Assembly (NCBI GenBank): GCA_038064495.1
Contig: JBBTSZ010000002.1
Coordinates: forward strand, 16,717 to 80,716
DNA: 64,000 bases
Source: Patescibacteria group bacterium
GTDB taxonomy: Bacteria > Patescibacteriota > Minisyncoccia > Phycocordibacterales > Phycocordibacteraceae
Direction: 5' to 3'
Shown: in pieces, positions 1-9,364 of the stretch
Numbering within the stretch: position 1 is the first letter of the stretch
Layout: every line of letters starts with the position of its first letter
Notes under the pieces: model-generated
What the model was told of the DNA's origin: nothing
Seen by the model: the letters and a program-made list of their open reading frames with translations, nothing else
Databases searched by the model: none
Made by a program: the position numbers and the translations under genes

Positions 1-534
1 AGTTGACTCGGTACAGGTGCTTGCACCAGGAACATTCTGGGCAGAAGTCCCTGAACTAGAAGCCCCGTTCTGAATATTTAACTGATTAAGATTACCAATC
101 TGCAAGCTCAAAATCTTCGGATTTATAAGTCCGAATACAATTGCAGGCGAGAGTACAAGCAGCAGGCCATAGAGTGTCTGCACAATAAGATGCCGAGCAT
201 CTTTCTTTTCTGTGATGCTGTCACCGCCCATGTACATAAGCCCTGCACGCATAAGTTGGAGCACTGCAATCACGGCCGCAAGACCAATACAAATTTTATA
301 AATATTATTAAGTACATTCGGAAGACTCTGTGAGTTACCAAACTGCTCAAAAATAGCTAAGTCAGTAAGGGGCTTAAACCCAGTTGAAGTGTCGGTGGGT
401 GCTGCCACGGGAGTAGGAGCTGCCGTGGCTGCATACACGAGGAGACTAAATGAACAGACTAGTATTCCTACAAAAAAAGGAACGACAAAAAGGGTCTTAA
501 CTATGGAAAGGTGTTTTTTAGACATAATGTTCAT
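1..534 (-). CDS. VirB2/TrbC-like pilin-domain protein (partial, runs off window start)
   Basis: Not in ORF track. Manual translation from ATG 534 (or 525): MSKKHLSIVKTLFVVPFFVGILVCSFSLLVYAA...NIYKICIGLAAVIAVLQLMRAGLMYMGGDSITEKKDARHLIVQTLYGLLLVLSPAIVFGLINPKIL. Signal peptide plus the two-helix CPR pilin pattern ending in INP; lies downstream of virB4. Confidence 0.75.
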   Translation of the reverse strand, partial: MNIMSKKHLSIVKTLFVVPFFVGILVCSFSLLVYAATAAPTPVAAPTDTSTGFKPLTDLAIFEQFGNSQSLPNVLNNIYKICIGLAAVIAVLQLMRAGLMYMGGDSITEKKDARHLIVQTLYGLLLVLSPAIVFGLINPKILSLQIGNLNQLNIQNGASSSGTSAQNVPGASTCTEST

Positions 535-535
535 A

Positions 536-1513
536 TCAGAATCCGAATATACCTGAGCGAGGAGCTCCAAAAAGCACTGACAATAACGCAGAAGCACTTT
601 GATGAGTATCGCTGGTTTTTGCCCCGACGCCAACCGTAGCTGAACCAGCACCGCTACCCGTGCTTCTAATCGTAATACTCCTCGTTCCCCCACTACTCTG
701 ACCGTTCACGGTCCAGGTAATGGTTGGGTCTGCGCCAAAGAAGTACGGAACCACCGTCAGACTTTCTTCTGAATCAGTAAGGGTGTACGGACTCTTTAAT
801 GCATGACTAAAAAGTGTTCCAAGAAGCGCATCGGTTTTATAGATCCGAACAATAGGATCTACGGGAGCCACAAGCGTGCTTGCTTGCGCGACGATGGAGC
901 TGTCCAAATTTGTAACCGTGACTGTTATTTTGGCATCTCGATAGCGAACGGGAGCGGTGACTGAAAGCACCGAGCGACCAATACCTGATTGTTCCTGCAG
1001 TATCTGATCACCTGCTTTCCAGCTATAGACCAGGCTTGATTCCGGGATGCGAGTCCCAGCAGCGGTGCGCATATCTGCGATGGCTACAATATGTACCCTT
1101 CCTTCAGGTGCGATAAGGCCACCGCCTTCATAAAAGTAATGTGTGGTAGAAAGAGGTTCTTTCACGAGCGCAACATCTGCCGGACGCACACTAAGCGATT
1201 TGGTATATGTCTTCCCGCCGGTTGTTGCAGTCACCGTTATGGTCGTCGTTTGTCCCGGACCCCCAATGCCAATAGGCACACGCTCCACTCCACTCCCTTT
1301 TTGAACCACCTTCCCATTTACAGAAACAGTGACAACGCTTGCAGACAGGTCAATAACTGTGCTGTCGGCCGTTACAGTTACGGTTTCGTACGGACGAGGA
1401 TAGCCCGGGTTAATAGTGACGTTGAGGGGAGTGACGCCAGTAAATTGCGCGTGAGCTGGAAGCGCGCTGCATAAAAACACCAAGACGATAAGAGGACGAA
1501 AATGCCTCAGCAT
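536..1513 (-). CDS. Secreted beta-rich (Ig-like) hypothetical protein of the T4SS-like cluster
   Basis: 325-aa ORF with signal peptide (PAHA|Q), T/V/S-rich strands and YSW/TWTVNG Ig-like motifs; TATACT 6 nt upstream of ATG. Confidence 0.7.
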   Translation of the reverse strand: MLRHFRPLIVLVFLCSALPAHAQFTGVTPLNVTINPGYPRPYETVTVTADSTVIDLSASVVTVSVNGKVVQKGSGVERVPIGIGGPGQTTTITVTATTGGKTYTKSLSVRPADVALVKEPLSTTHYFYEGGGLIAPEGRVHIVAIADMRTAAGTRIPESSLVYSWKAGDQILQEQSGIGRSVLSVTAPVRYRDAKITVTVTNLDSSIVAQASTLVAPVDPIVRIYKTDALLGTLFSHALKSPYTLTDSEESLTVVPYFFGADPTITWTVNGQSSGGTRSITIRSTGSGAGSATVGVGAKTSDTHQSASALLSVLFGAPRSGIFGF

Positions 1514-1550
1514 GGCTACAGTATACCGTGAGAGACCCCTCGGGGTTTAG

Positions 1551-2096
1551 TTAACTGGGTATTGGTTGTTGCTCACTACGAGCACGTCGTGCTTGTCGCG
1601 CCTCAAGGTCCTTTTGTTGTTTCTCAACTCGGGCCTGTCGTATTTGATCTCGAGCACCTGCCCCAGCAGCACGAAGATTTGCAGCACGTAGTGCAATTTT
1701 TGCTTCAGGAGCCATTGCCCCGAGTGTTTTTCCGGCAAGGTGAGAGCCCGTACCTTTTGCGTTTTTCGCTGAATCTTCGTAACGAGTAATCATAATGAGT
1801 ACAATAGTTCCAAGTGTCAGCTCGGGGAGCATATCAAGGAACGGAATGAAGGTAATAACCGAAGTCGCCAGAATGGTTCCAAATTTAAGGAGTACATTTT
1901 TATTGAAATACTGAATACCCAGGAGCCGAAACCAAACCAAAAGACCAATCTCAACGGTTGCTCCGAGCATCATTGCGACAATGGCCCCGAAACCAGTTAA
2001 GTCAGCGAAGAACTGAATGATATCGGTAATACCAGCAAGGCTGACGAGAAGGATTGCACTGAGGCCCGATATTCGTTGCCTCGTTTGCTCACTCAT
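1551..2096 (-). CDS. Membrane protein in T4SS-like cluster
   Basis: 181 aa, 3-4 hydrophobic segments, IPFLDMLPELT motif, basic C-terminal tail; 3 nt downstream of virB4. Confidence 0.7.
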   Translation of the reverse strand: MSEQTRQRISGLSAILLVSLAGITDIIQFFADLTGFGAIVAMMLGATVEIGLLVWFRLLGIQYFNKNVLLKFGTILATSVITFIPFLDMLPELTLGTIVLIMITRYEDSAKNAKGTGSHLAGKTLGAMAPEAKIALRAANLRAAGAGARDQIRQARVEKQQKDLEARQARRARSEQQPIPS

Positions 2097-2099
2097 AGG

Positions 2100-3929
2100 C
2101 TACGTGCCAGCGGGAGCACTCTCGGCACCCAATCGGTCCTTTTCTCGCTTAATGGCAAGGAGTTGCGATGGGTCTGAGGTGATGATCTGGTCCTCGGTGT
2201 AGGACGCCACTACCTTTATGGCGACATGCTTGAGACCAGCAAAGAACAATCCCTCTCCCACCCCACTTTCAAGAAGTAAGAACTTCTCTTGGTCAGTCAG
2301 GTTAAATGTATCTTTGAGCACATCAATCGTTGTTGGAGATTGCTTTAGGAGAAGTTGGATACTGGAGTTGGTGAGAATCGGCCTACCGTAGGGGCTCTTT
2401 AAGAAGTCTTCGACATCTTGGGTGATGGTTGCGAGCCCGAGGAAATACTTACGACCACGCTTCGCCATACTGAAAAGGAAGGATGCTGTGTCCTCAGACT
2501 TCATCATCCACCAGGCCTCATCAATAACGAGCAAACGTTTCTTAAGCTCATGGCGAACTGCGTTCCATATATAGTGCGTGATGATATACATCGCGATAGG
2601 TTTCAATTCATCCTCCATGTCACGGACCGAGAACACGACAAACTGTTTTTTTATATCTATATTTGACGGACGATTAATAAATCCAGCCCAGGTTCCCTTC
2701 GTGTATTTAGAAAGTCGCTGTACCAAGGACTCGCTCCCTGACATACCTGACAACACAGTCTCAAAATCTGAAAGGAGCGGCGGTTCAACACCGGTAAAGT
2801 CCACATCTCCCGTAATATCCTTCAGGGCATAGGTTTCCGTGATGGCACGGTCCACAATCGCATCCTCTTCAGGCGTAAGTCCCCCAAGCATAAGTCGGAA
2901 GAGCCCGACGAGATTAATGATGTTTGAGCGAAGAATATCTCCCGGTTCCTCATCTTCTTTTACGGGTGGGAGGTCAAACGGATTAATATGATGCTCTGAC
3001 GAGAGAGAAATGTTGAAGGTACGACCGCCGGTAGCTTCTGCAAGGTATTCGTATTCTTGCTCGGGGTCTATCACGATGACATCCGTATCAAACATGAGGG
3101 AGCGAAGAATTTCCAACTTAACTGCGTAGGACTTTCCAGAACCGGATTTTGCAAATACGACTGAGTTGTAGTTCTCAAGTGAGAAACGGTCAAAGAGTAT
3201 GAGGGACGCATTGTGGCGGTTAATACCGTAGAGAATGCCGCGGTCACTTGTGAGGTCAAACGAGACAAACGGAAAAATAGACGAAAGGGGAGACGAATTC
3301 AACTTGCTGTTGACGGCTAGCTCATCAAGAGCAAGGGGAAGTGTGGAGCGGAAGCCCTGCTCTTGTTGGAAGAGTGCAGGCTTGGTGTACACAAGCTTCG
3401 CATCAAGAATGCCTCTGACTTCCCCTTCCACCGTATCAAGTTCTTCTTTGGTGTTTCCATAGAGTGTAAGATACAGCCCCACATCAAAAAGTTTTTCCTC
3501 TGCTTGCTGGAGACGGTCACGAAGACTTTCAAGGTCCTGATAGGCCGTATCAAGAAGCGGGTCACGAACAAGCCCTTTCTCCTCTCGCTCTGAAATCTGG
3601 CTTTGTACTTCAGCCACCTTCTTTTGGAAGTTACGAAGAGCTGCTGCAGTCTCTACGGGATGCACAAAAAGCCCGATATCAAGCTCACGTGCAAGGTTAA
3701 TGATTTGCACGAACCACTCGTCCGTAAGGAAGCGCGGATAGGAGATGGTGTAAAAGGAACGAGAAAACTTTTCACCGAGCTCTATCTCCTTGGCCCCTAC
3801 CTTGAGCGCTGCTGGCGCAATAGCATCAGCCAAATCAAGTGCACCTTGCGCATAGATATCTTTCGGTAAGACCGGCGTGACGCTCGGAGCTTCTTTTTTA
3901 TTACGGTTGATGAAATCAAGAAGTGCCAT
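2100..3929 (-). CDS. virB4: VirB4-like type IV secretion ATPase
   Basis: Walker A AKSGSGKS, IDPEQEY, Walker B LLVIDEAW, RK..LATITQ motifs typical of VirB4/TraC; 609 aa. Confidence 0.9.
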   Translation of the reverse strand: MALLDFINRNKKEAPSVTPVLPKDIYAQGALDLADAIAPAALKVGAKEIELGEKFSRSFYTISYPRFLTDEWFVQIINLARELDIGLFVHPVETAAALRNFQKKVAEVQSQISEREEKGLVRDPLLDTAYQDLESLRDRLQQAEEKLFDVGLYLTLYGNTKEELDTVEGEVRGILDAKLVYTKPALFQQEQGFRSTLPLALDELAVNSKLNSSPLSSIFPFVSFDLTSDRGILYGINRHNASLILFDRFSLENYNSVVFAKSGSGKSYAVKLEILRSLMFDTDVIVIDPEQEYEYLAEATGGRTFNISLSSEHHINPFDLPPVKEDEEPGDILRSNIINLVGLFRLMLGGLTPEEDAIVDRAITETYALKDITGDVDFTGVEPPLLSDFETVLSGMSGSESLVQRLSKYTKGTWAGFINRPSNIDIKKQFVVFSVRDMEDELKPIAMYIITHYIWNAVRHELKKRLLVIDEAWWMMKSEDTASFLFSMAKRGRKYFLGLATITQDVEDFLKSPYGRPILTNSSIQLLLKQSPTTIDVLKDTFNLTDQEKFLLLESGVGEGLFFAGLKHVAIKVVASYTEDQIITSDPSQLLAIKREKDRLGAESAPAGT

Positions 3930-3937
3930 ATAAAGAA

Positions 3938-4585
3938 TTAACGACTCGGGGCACCCCCCTCTCCAAAACGGATAGGACTTTCCATTTGGCCAATATTAAA
4001 CGAGCGATACATAAGTTCAATGGTCTCTTCCGTGTTGAGTGGCACGGCACGTATGCCCGCAGACGCGAGTCCTGCGGCAACAAGGGACATGCGCTGCTCT
4101 AACTGCACGCGATCTTCTTGGAACGAGTCACGCTCCCCTCCCCCGGTCCCTTTTTTCATACCCGGAAGAGAGAATGACTGAACCACCTTTGAGGTTCCTG
4201 ACGGGGTGTACGGAACAACGATATAAAACATCTTTGACATAATATCGGTTGAGTCGGTGAAGCCTCGCACAAACTGCATATATTCGCGCACCTGAATACG
4301 CATCAACTCACTCTGTTGTTTCTCCAAGCGCTCACTAAGGAGTGCGAGGTAGGGACGAATATCCATTTTCCGTGAGTGCACCACAATTTCAACGGTAAAA
4401 TCAAGTGTATTCAAAAACGATTGGAATCCACCAATGATTGCTTGCTGCTCGTCTTGAGATTTGAGCGAAAAGTTCAAGGATGAGCACATCATAATGCTCC
4501 GGTACCCATCATCTTTTAAAATAACGATACCGTTACGTACTTCCTTAACGGGTACAAAATCTTGAGTTGCTTGAGGTACAGCCAT
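3938..4585 (-). CDS. TraC/VirB4 N-terminal-like partner protein
   Basis: ATQDFVP..EVRNG, LNFSLKSQDEQ..I..FQSFLNTLDF motif; sits between prgI and virB4 as in other CPR genomes. Confidence 0.75.
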   Translation of the reverse strand: MAVPQATQDFVPVKEVRNGIVILKDDGYRSIMMCSSLNFSLKSQDEQQAIIGGFQSFLNTLDFTVEIVVHSRKMDIRPYLALLSERLEKQQSELMRIQVREYMQFVRGFTDSTDIMSKMFYIVVPYTPSGTSKVVQSFSLPGMKKGTGGGERDSFQEDRVQLEQRMSLVAAGLASAGIRAVPLNTEETIELMYRSFNIGQMESPIRFGEGGAPSR

Positions 4586-4588
4586 ACG

Positions 4589-5002
4589 TTATTTGGGAGC
4601 ATCCTGCTGATCTTTAATATCCAGTGACCAGGCCAATTCACGAAGCTTGTTCTGTGAAAGGCCGAGCTTCTGTCTTGTTTCAACAGGTGGAGCAACAGGA
4701 GCAACCTCCTCTACCTTCGGACTCGCGTCCTTCTTCCAAAGATAGAGCTTTCCCTTTGAATAGTAGGCAACGCCTGCCTCAATGATTTCTATAAAGCTTT
4801 TATTATTTATCTTATAGAACGCGAGTGCGGCAGAAAGAGCCGCAACGGGGATTGAAAGCGCTATACCAAGAAAGAGCGGTAGGTATAGAACGAAAATGGT
4901 GCACAAACCAGCACCCCCAGCGAGGTAGATGAATTGTTTGAGGGTAAACGGACCAAAAATCTTGTCCTCGACTTCAATAAATTGAGGTACCTGATACTCC
5001 AT
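4589..5002 (-). CDS. prgI: PrgI family protein (VirB3-like)
   Basis: MEYQVPQFIEVEDKIFGPFTLKQF signature followed by two TM helices. Confidence 0.9.
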   Translation of the reverse strand: MEYQVPQFIEVEDKIFGPFTLKQFIYLAGGAGLCTIFVLYLPLFLGIALSIPVAALSAALAFYKINNKSFIEIIEAGVAYYSKGKLYLWKKDASPKVEEVAPVAPPVETRQKLGLSQNKLRELAWSLDIKDQQDAPK

Positions 5003-5050
5003 TACTCCCTAGTATATCAGGAGTTATAAGGTGCTTTGTATAAAACTACT

Positions 5051-5557
5051 CTAGTGATGGCCTCCTCCGTGCGACTTATCTTCTTTTTGACCCCCATGAC
5101 TACTACCTCCACCACCCATTTCCTTTGCTCTACCCCATGCTTGCCAAAAAAAGTGCCATAAAACACCAAAGACTCCACGACCAACACCAATCATTCGACT
5201 AAAAATACCACTATGCTCTCCGTGACTTTCATGAGATGAATGATTACTGACTTCCTCCCCACCTCTCTTACTTGTACTGCTTTCAACTACGTGATTTGGT
5301 TGTTCAGCTGATTCTGGAGTATCTGAGTCAGTAGCTTCTTCACCTCCAGCCGGACCCTCCTCTACTACTGTATATTCCCCATCGACTATTTGGTCACGAG
5401 CATCGAGGTTTCCTCGAATTTCATCGAGCCGCTCCTTTGGAGCCTCAGTATTTGCAGGTACGGGCGGCTGATACGGCACTACATCACGAGACTCACCTTC
5501 CTCAGGGTTCTGTGGTGGCTCCTCGTGGCTACCATTTCCTGGTGGGTTTTCAGACAT
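5051..5557 (-). CDS. Acidic low-complexity hypothetical protein
   Basis: 168-aa ORF, E/P/S-rich, one amphipathic segment, His/Gly tail; TAGGCT -10 box 6 nt upstream. Confidence 0.6.
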   Translation of the reverse strand: MSENPPGNGSHEEPPQNPEEGESRDVVPYQPPVPANTEAPKERLDEIRGNLDARDQIVDGEYTVVEEGPAGGEEATDSDTPESAEQPNHVVESSTSKRGGEEVSNHSSHESHGEHSGIFSRMIGVGRGVFGVLWHFFWQAWGRAKEMGGGGSSHGGQKEDKSHGGGHH

Positions 5558-5594
5558 GGTTCTAGCCTAGCAAGTAGTCTGCCTGATTGCACAC

Positions 5595-6677
5595 CTAGTG
5601 GAGGGGCTCACGGTACGGGTCTGCACCATAGCTTTCCACAGGATTACTAGGAGAAGCTGCTGAAACTTGCTGCGCAGGAAGAGGTGGAGCGGTAACCGCT
5701 GAGTGTGCAGCAGGTGCTTGAGGACCACCAAACCACGAAGAAGTGCTTTGTTCATGTGGATGAAGCTTTTCTTCCTCCATATCATGAGCCATCGTCCGCA
5801 TTCTTGGCTGTGAAGATTGTGGATTTGGAACGTAGGTATCCGCAGGTGGATTCGGCCTTAGGACAGCTACTTCAGGAGGGACGGGTGCTTGTAGCGGAGG
5901 GGTGACGACCGGCGGTGGTACTGACTGAGCTTGTACCGAAGGCCGAGCAGGAGGTGCCGGAACTACAGGAGGGATAGGTGCTGGAGTCACGGCCGGGGAG
6001 GAGTTCTTCAACATGGAAGGTATTTCAAGGTCATGCATTGGGACGCTAAATCTCTCCGCAAGTGACTTTGCGGAAGAAGCCGTTCCAGTAGGGGTCGAGT
6101 TAGGTGTAATTAAATTAATAGAACGTGGAGGAGTTGTCTCAGCGGGAGCTGAAGGAGCGACAGGAGCAGGGCTCGGTGGAACTATTGCCGGCGCGGGAGG
6201 AGGCGCTGCTGAAATGGCTGGAGGATATGGTGGAGTGCCGGTCGGTAAATTTTGCGGAACTTGCGGCCTCAGTGGAGGCGGAGTAACAGCTATAGGAGTA
6301 ACTACAGGCATTTTCTGAGTAATAGTTACAGGAGGTATCTCAACTGCAGGTGCCCCACTCACTGCTCCAGCCTCTTTCACTTTCTTATTAAGTGGCACGA
6401 ACACCTTCTCATTCAAATCCTTTACGAGATGTTCTGCTACGTCAGCGGGAAGTCCAAGTTCAAGTAGCCCACCATAAAACTCTGTAGGACTTACTAAACC
6501 AAGTAAAGTATTTCGAATTAGTCCCGTTACATTACCAACTATATCTACATGTAGTTGGTAGTTCTTCTGAAGATTAATAACAAAATCAAGCACAGTTTCA
6601 CCACTTAATTCTCCTTGCACAGCCAGCGGAGCCTTGCTGTAGGCTTCTAAAACTTCTTGCTCAGTGAATTGTTTCAT
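5595..6677 (-). CDS. Proline-rich protein with C-terminal DPYREP motif
   Basis: Helical N-terminal domain, long P/A/V/T linker, RMRTMAHD and terminal YGADPYREPLH; ATG 6677 preferred over GTG 6686. Confidence 0.75.
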   Translation of the reverse strand: MKQFTEQEVLEAYSKAPLAVQGELSGETVLDFVINLQKNYQLHVDIVGNVTGLIRNTLLGLVSPTEFYGGLLELGLPADVAEHLVKDLNEKVFVPLNKKVKEAGAVSGAPAVEIPPVTITQKMPVVTPIAVTPPPLRPQVPQNLPTGTPPYPPAISAAPPPAPAIVPPSPAPVAPSAPAETTPPRSINLITPNSTPTGTASSAKSLAERFSVPMHDLEIPSMLKNSSPAVTPAPIPPVVPAPPARPSVQAQSVPPPVVTPPLQAPVPPEVAVLRPNPPADTYVPNPQSSQPRMRTMAHDMEEEKLHPHEQSTSSWFGGPQAPAAHSAVTAPPLPAQQVSAASPSNPVESYGADPYREPLH

Positions 6678-6686
6678 ATCAAACAC

Positions 6687-9326
6687 CTAAATAATTCCAC
6701 CCCAGCGCCTCCCTGCATCTGGATTCAAAGCTACCCCGCTGGTCATTCCAGTAAGAGCATCAAACCTAACAACTTCAGGTGAAGGTGCACCCGGTGCGGT
6801 GATGAGATTACGTATGTTGGTGATCGCAGTTCCGCTTAATTTATTTGGATCAAGAGCTGCAAGCTGTTCGCCTCGCATAGACCGAATAACATGATTCTGC
6901 TCAATAACAGAAGTAGGAAGCTTACTCACGCTCTCGTTTGTCAAAATGTTCAGTGTGTTCGGTGCATTCGCAACCGAGAAAAGATGGTTCCGGACATCGT
7001 TCATCGTGTTTGCACTCAATTTTCCAAAATCAATATTGTTAATTCGACCCGATGCAGTTAGAGCGTTCAGAGTATCTGTCTTCTTTAAGTTGTATTCAGG
7101 TATTTTCTTGAGAGCATCATCCGACATCGCATCAATGGTTACCCGAGCTCGTACCGGGTCATTGAAACGGTCATCACGAGCCTGTTGGAAGCCGTCTCGA
7201 ACGGACTGAGCGATATTTTTATTACTACCCACTTTATCGGCTTGGTCTTCCCGAACTACTGAGACAAAGTCGTAATCGCTTAATAACGAAGCACTTGCCT
7301 TCGATTGTGCAATTTGCTCAAAGCCTCGTTCACCCAATTTCTTAATCGCTGCATTAGCAGCATCACGAGCAGCAGTCCGTATCGGTGGAGCTTTCGTTGC
7401 ATCATTTGCTATGGCGAGACTCTCGCGAATCCCAACGTGGCGATTATCAAGCAGTCTTGCCTTCAGGTCCTCTGGCGTATCCTTGTACTTTAGAAGACTG
7501 CCAATTTTCTCATCAGAGAAAGCTTCAGCAACAGCTCTCCCTCCTTCTTGTACGGCATGTGATTTAAGTAGTTGTTCTTCTGAAAGCCCGTTAAGGAAAG
7601 TGGTTGTCTCTGCACTAAGAGCTCCTGCACGCGCTTCATCCTCAAGTTTTTGGAACGCCACTTCGTCGTCATACTTTTTCTTTAGCCCCTTGCCATACGT
7701 CCCGCTCTTAGCATCTGCAAAGACATGTCTAGTATCACTAAAGGTCGCGCCCTTGGATGGAATTGCTCCCGCCTTTATATCAGCGAGACCGAGTGCAGTC
7801 TGTGCAAGAGGGAGCCGTCGCGCATCAAGATTAGCACTTTGAAGCGGGCGCAGGATACGATTTACGGCAACTTGCCCGACCTTACCCCCGAACCCAGTTT
7901 TTTGCTGGAAACGTTGGAGTCCATACGCGTATCCTCCTACAGCCAGATTTGTTCCACGCGTCATGGTTCCAAACACAAGCGCACTCGCCGAGTTAACTGC
8001 AAAGTTTGAACCAAGCACACCCATACGACGTGAGGCGATGAGAGACATCATCATGAATCCGATAACAATGAAGAACAACACAAACGCTTGAAGATTTTGC
8101 GAAGCTCCAGCTACTGCCCCACCTGCGACAGCCTGCCCCAGATCACCCGTGGTACCAAGTCCAGAGCCAATCTTGATACTAATAAGAATGAGTAGCAGGT
8201 ATACCGGAGCAAAAAATGATTCGTTAAGAAGAAGACTCCACCAACGTTCAGCAAGTTTATGAAGTAAAGGCACTGCCATACCCGCAAAACCTATAGGAGA
8301 CGTCACAATTAAGAACACGAGAACAACCGCACGGCTGATAAGCATAATAGTCCCTGCGAGCAAGACAATCGCCACAATAGTGATGAGCAAAGAGTAAATC
8401 AACAAAAGAGTGATTTTCTCAAGAGGAGAACTACCTGTGGTAGAAGGGTCCGATCTAAAACCAAGAAACGTAGAACCACCGGTTAATTGCATAATCTGCC
8501 CCGAAATACCTTCATTAGCGCACGTCGTTGAGTCAGCACCAGTACAATTTGTACCAGCCTGTTCCGCAAGGACTGATGAGAAACCGTTAGCCACGTCAAT
8601 CACTGCTTCTGCAGCAAACAAACTAAAGTTAAGCAGTATCGCAAAGATAATAAGAGCAGGCAGCGCTCGCTTTGCCGTGAACTCCGACCGTTCAAGATTT
8701 AAAATAGTACTGACGCCCATGAAGATGAATCCGAATAAGAGAACTATATTGCCAACGTCTCGGAGTACTCCCCATGCAATCAAAAGACCTTCCGAGTTAC
8801 CAAAGTACTGAGCAAACTCAAATACCGTTTTGATAATGGTCCAGTTAAAAACGACACCGACAATCGTAAGAATCCATCCCGCAAGCGTAAACACTGCATA
8901 GCTAAGTGGGTAGAGTGTGACAGCAAGAAAACTATCTGCCAACCATCCAAACACGTCCGGGAATACTGAACTTGTTTCACTCGTACAACTTCCGTTCGCT
9001 GCACAGTTCGTGGTCGTACTCGCGAAATAGTTATTTTGAGAACCGGTTGAACCTAACAGTTTTCCAGAGGCATCTTTTGCAGTACACCCCTCATCCGAGA
9101 CGGCTGCTTCAGCACCACCACCAGCGGTACAGGTTGCGGTGCTACCAGCAGGATTTGTACAAGTATAGACCGTACTACCGAAACTGATCTCTGAAGTACA
9201 CGTCCAACCAGTACCGTACTTACCGGGGTTATTTGTGAGTGCCTCGGGCACGGTAGCTGCAAGGGTAATAGGGGCAACGCCAAATAAAACAAACAAGAAA
9301 GCAGTCCCCAGAAGAGCTCTACCCAT
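6687..9326 (-). CDS. VirB6/TrbL-like polytopic membrane protein with long soluble C-terminus
   Basis: Signal peptide, Cys-containing extracellular region, about 8-9 TM helices with WGVLRD...LLNFS..VID and SPIGF...WWS motifs; start uncertain (9326-9374). Confidence 0.75.
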   Translation of the reverse strand: MGRALLGTAFLFVLFGVAPITLAATVPEALTNNPGKYGTGWTCTSEISFGSTVYTCTNPAGSTATCTAGGGAEAAVSDEGCTAKDASGKLLGSTGSQNNYFASTTTNCAANGSCTSETSSVFPDVFGWLADSFLAVTLYPLSYAVFTLAGWILTIVGVVFNWTIIKTVFEFAQYFGNSEGLLIAWGVLRDVGNIVLLFGFIFMGVSTILNLERSEFTAKRALPALIIFAILLNFSLFAAEAVIDVANGFSSVLAEQAGTNCTGADSTTCANEGISGQIMQLTGGSTFLGFRSDPSTTGSSPLEKITLLLIYSLLITIVAIVLLAGTIMLISRAVVLVFLIVTSPIGFAGMAVPLLHKLAERWWSLLLNESFFAPVYLLLILISIKIGSGLGTTGDLGQAVAGGAVAGASQNLQAFVLFFIVIGFMMMSLIASRRMGVLGSNFAVNSASALVFGTMTRGTNLAVGGYAYGLQRFQQKTGFGGKVGQVAVNRILRPLQSANLDARRLPLAQTALGLADIKAGAIPSKGATFSDTRHVFADAKSGTYGKGLKKKYDDEVAFQKLEDEARAGALSAETTTFLNGLSEEQLLKSHAVQEGGRAVAEAFSDEKIGSLLKYKDTPEDLKARLLDNRHVGIRESLAIANDATKAPPIRTAARDAANAAIKKLGERGFEQIAQSKASASLLSDYDFVSVVREDQADKVGSNKNIAQSVRDGFQQARDDRFNDPVRARVTIDAMSDDALKKIPEYNLKKTDTLNALTASGRINNIDFGKLSANTMNDVRNHLFSVANAPNTLNILTNESVSKLPTSVIEQNHVIRSMRGEQLAALDPNKLSGTAITNIRNLITAPGAPSPEVVRFDALTGMTSGVALNPDAGRRWGGII

Positions 9327-9364
9327 CTTTTTTTGTATTAGGAAAGTGTTCACGGCAAGTGAAG

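Noticed and set aside
5595-6400. Pro-rich stretch as a DNA tandem repeat or contingency locus
   Set aside because: Low complexity is at the protein level only; no exact nucleotide repeat units seen.
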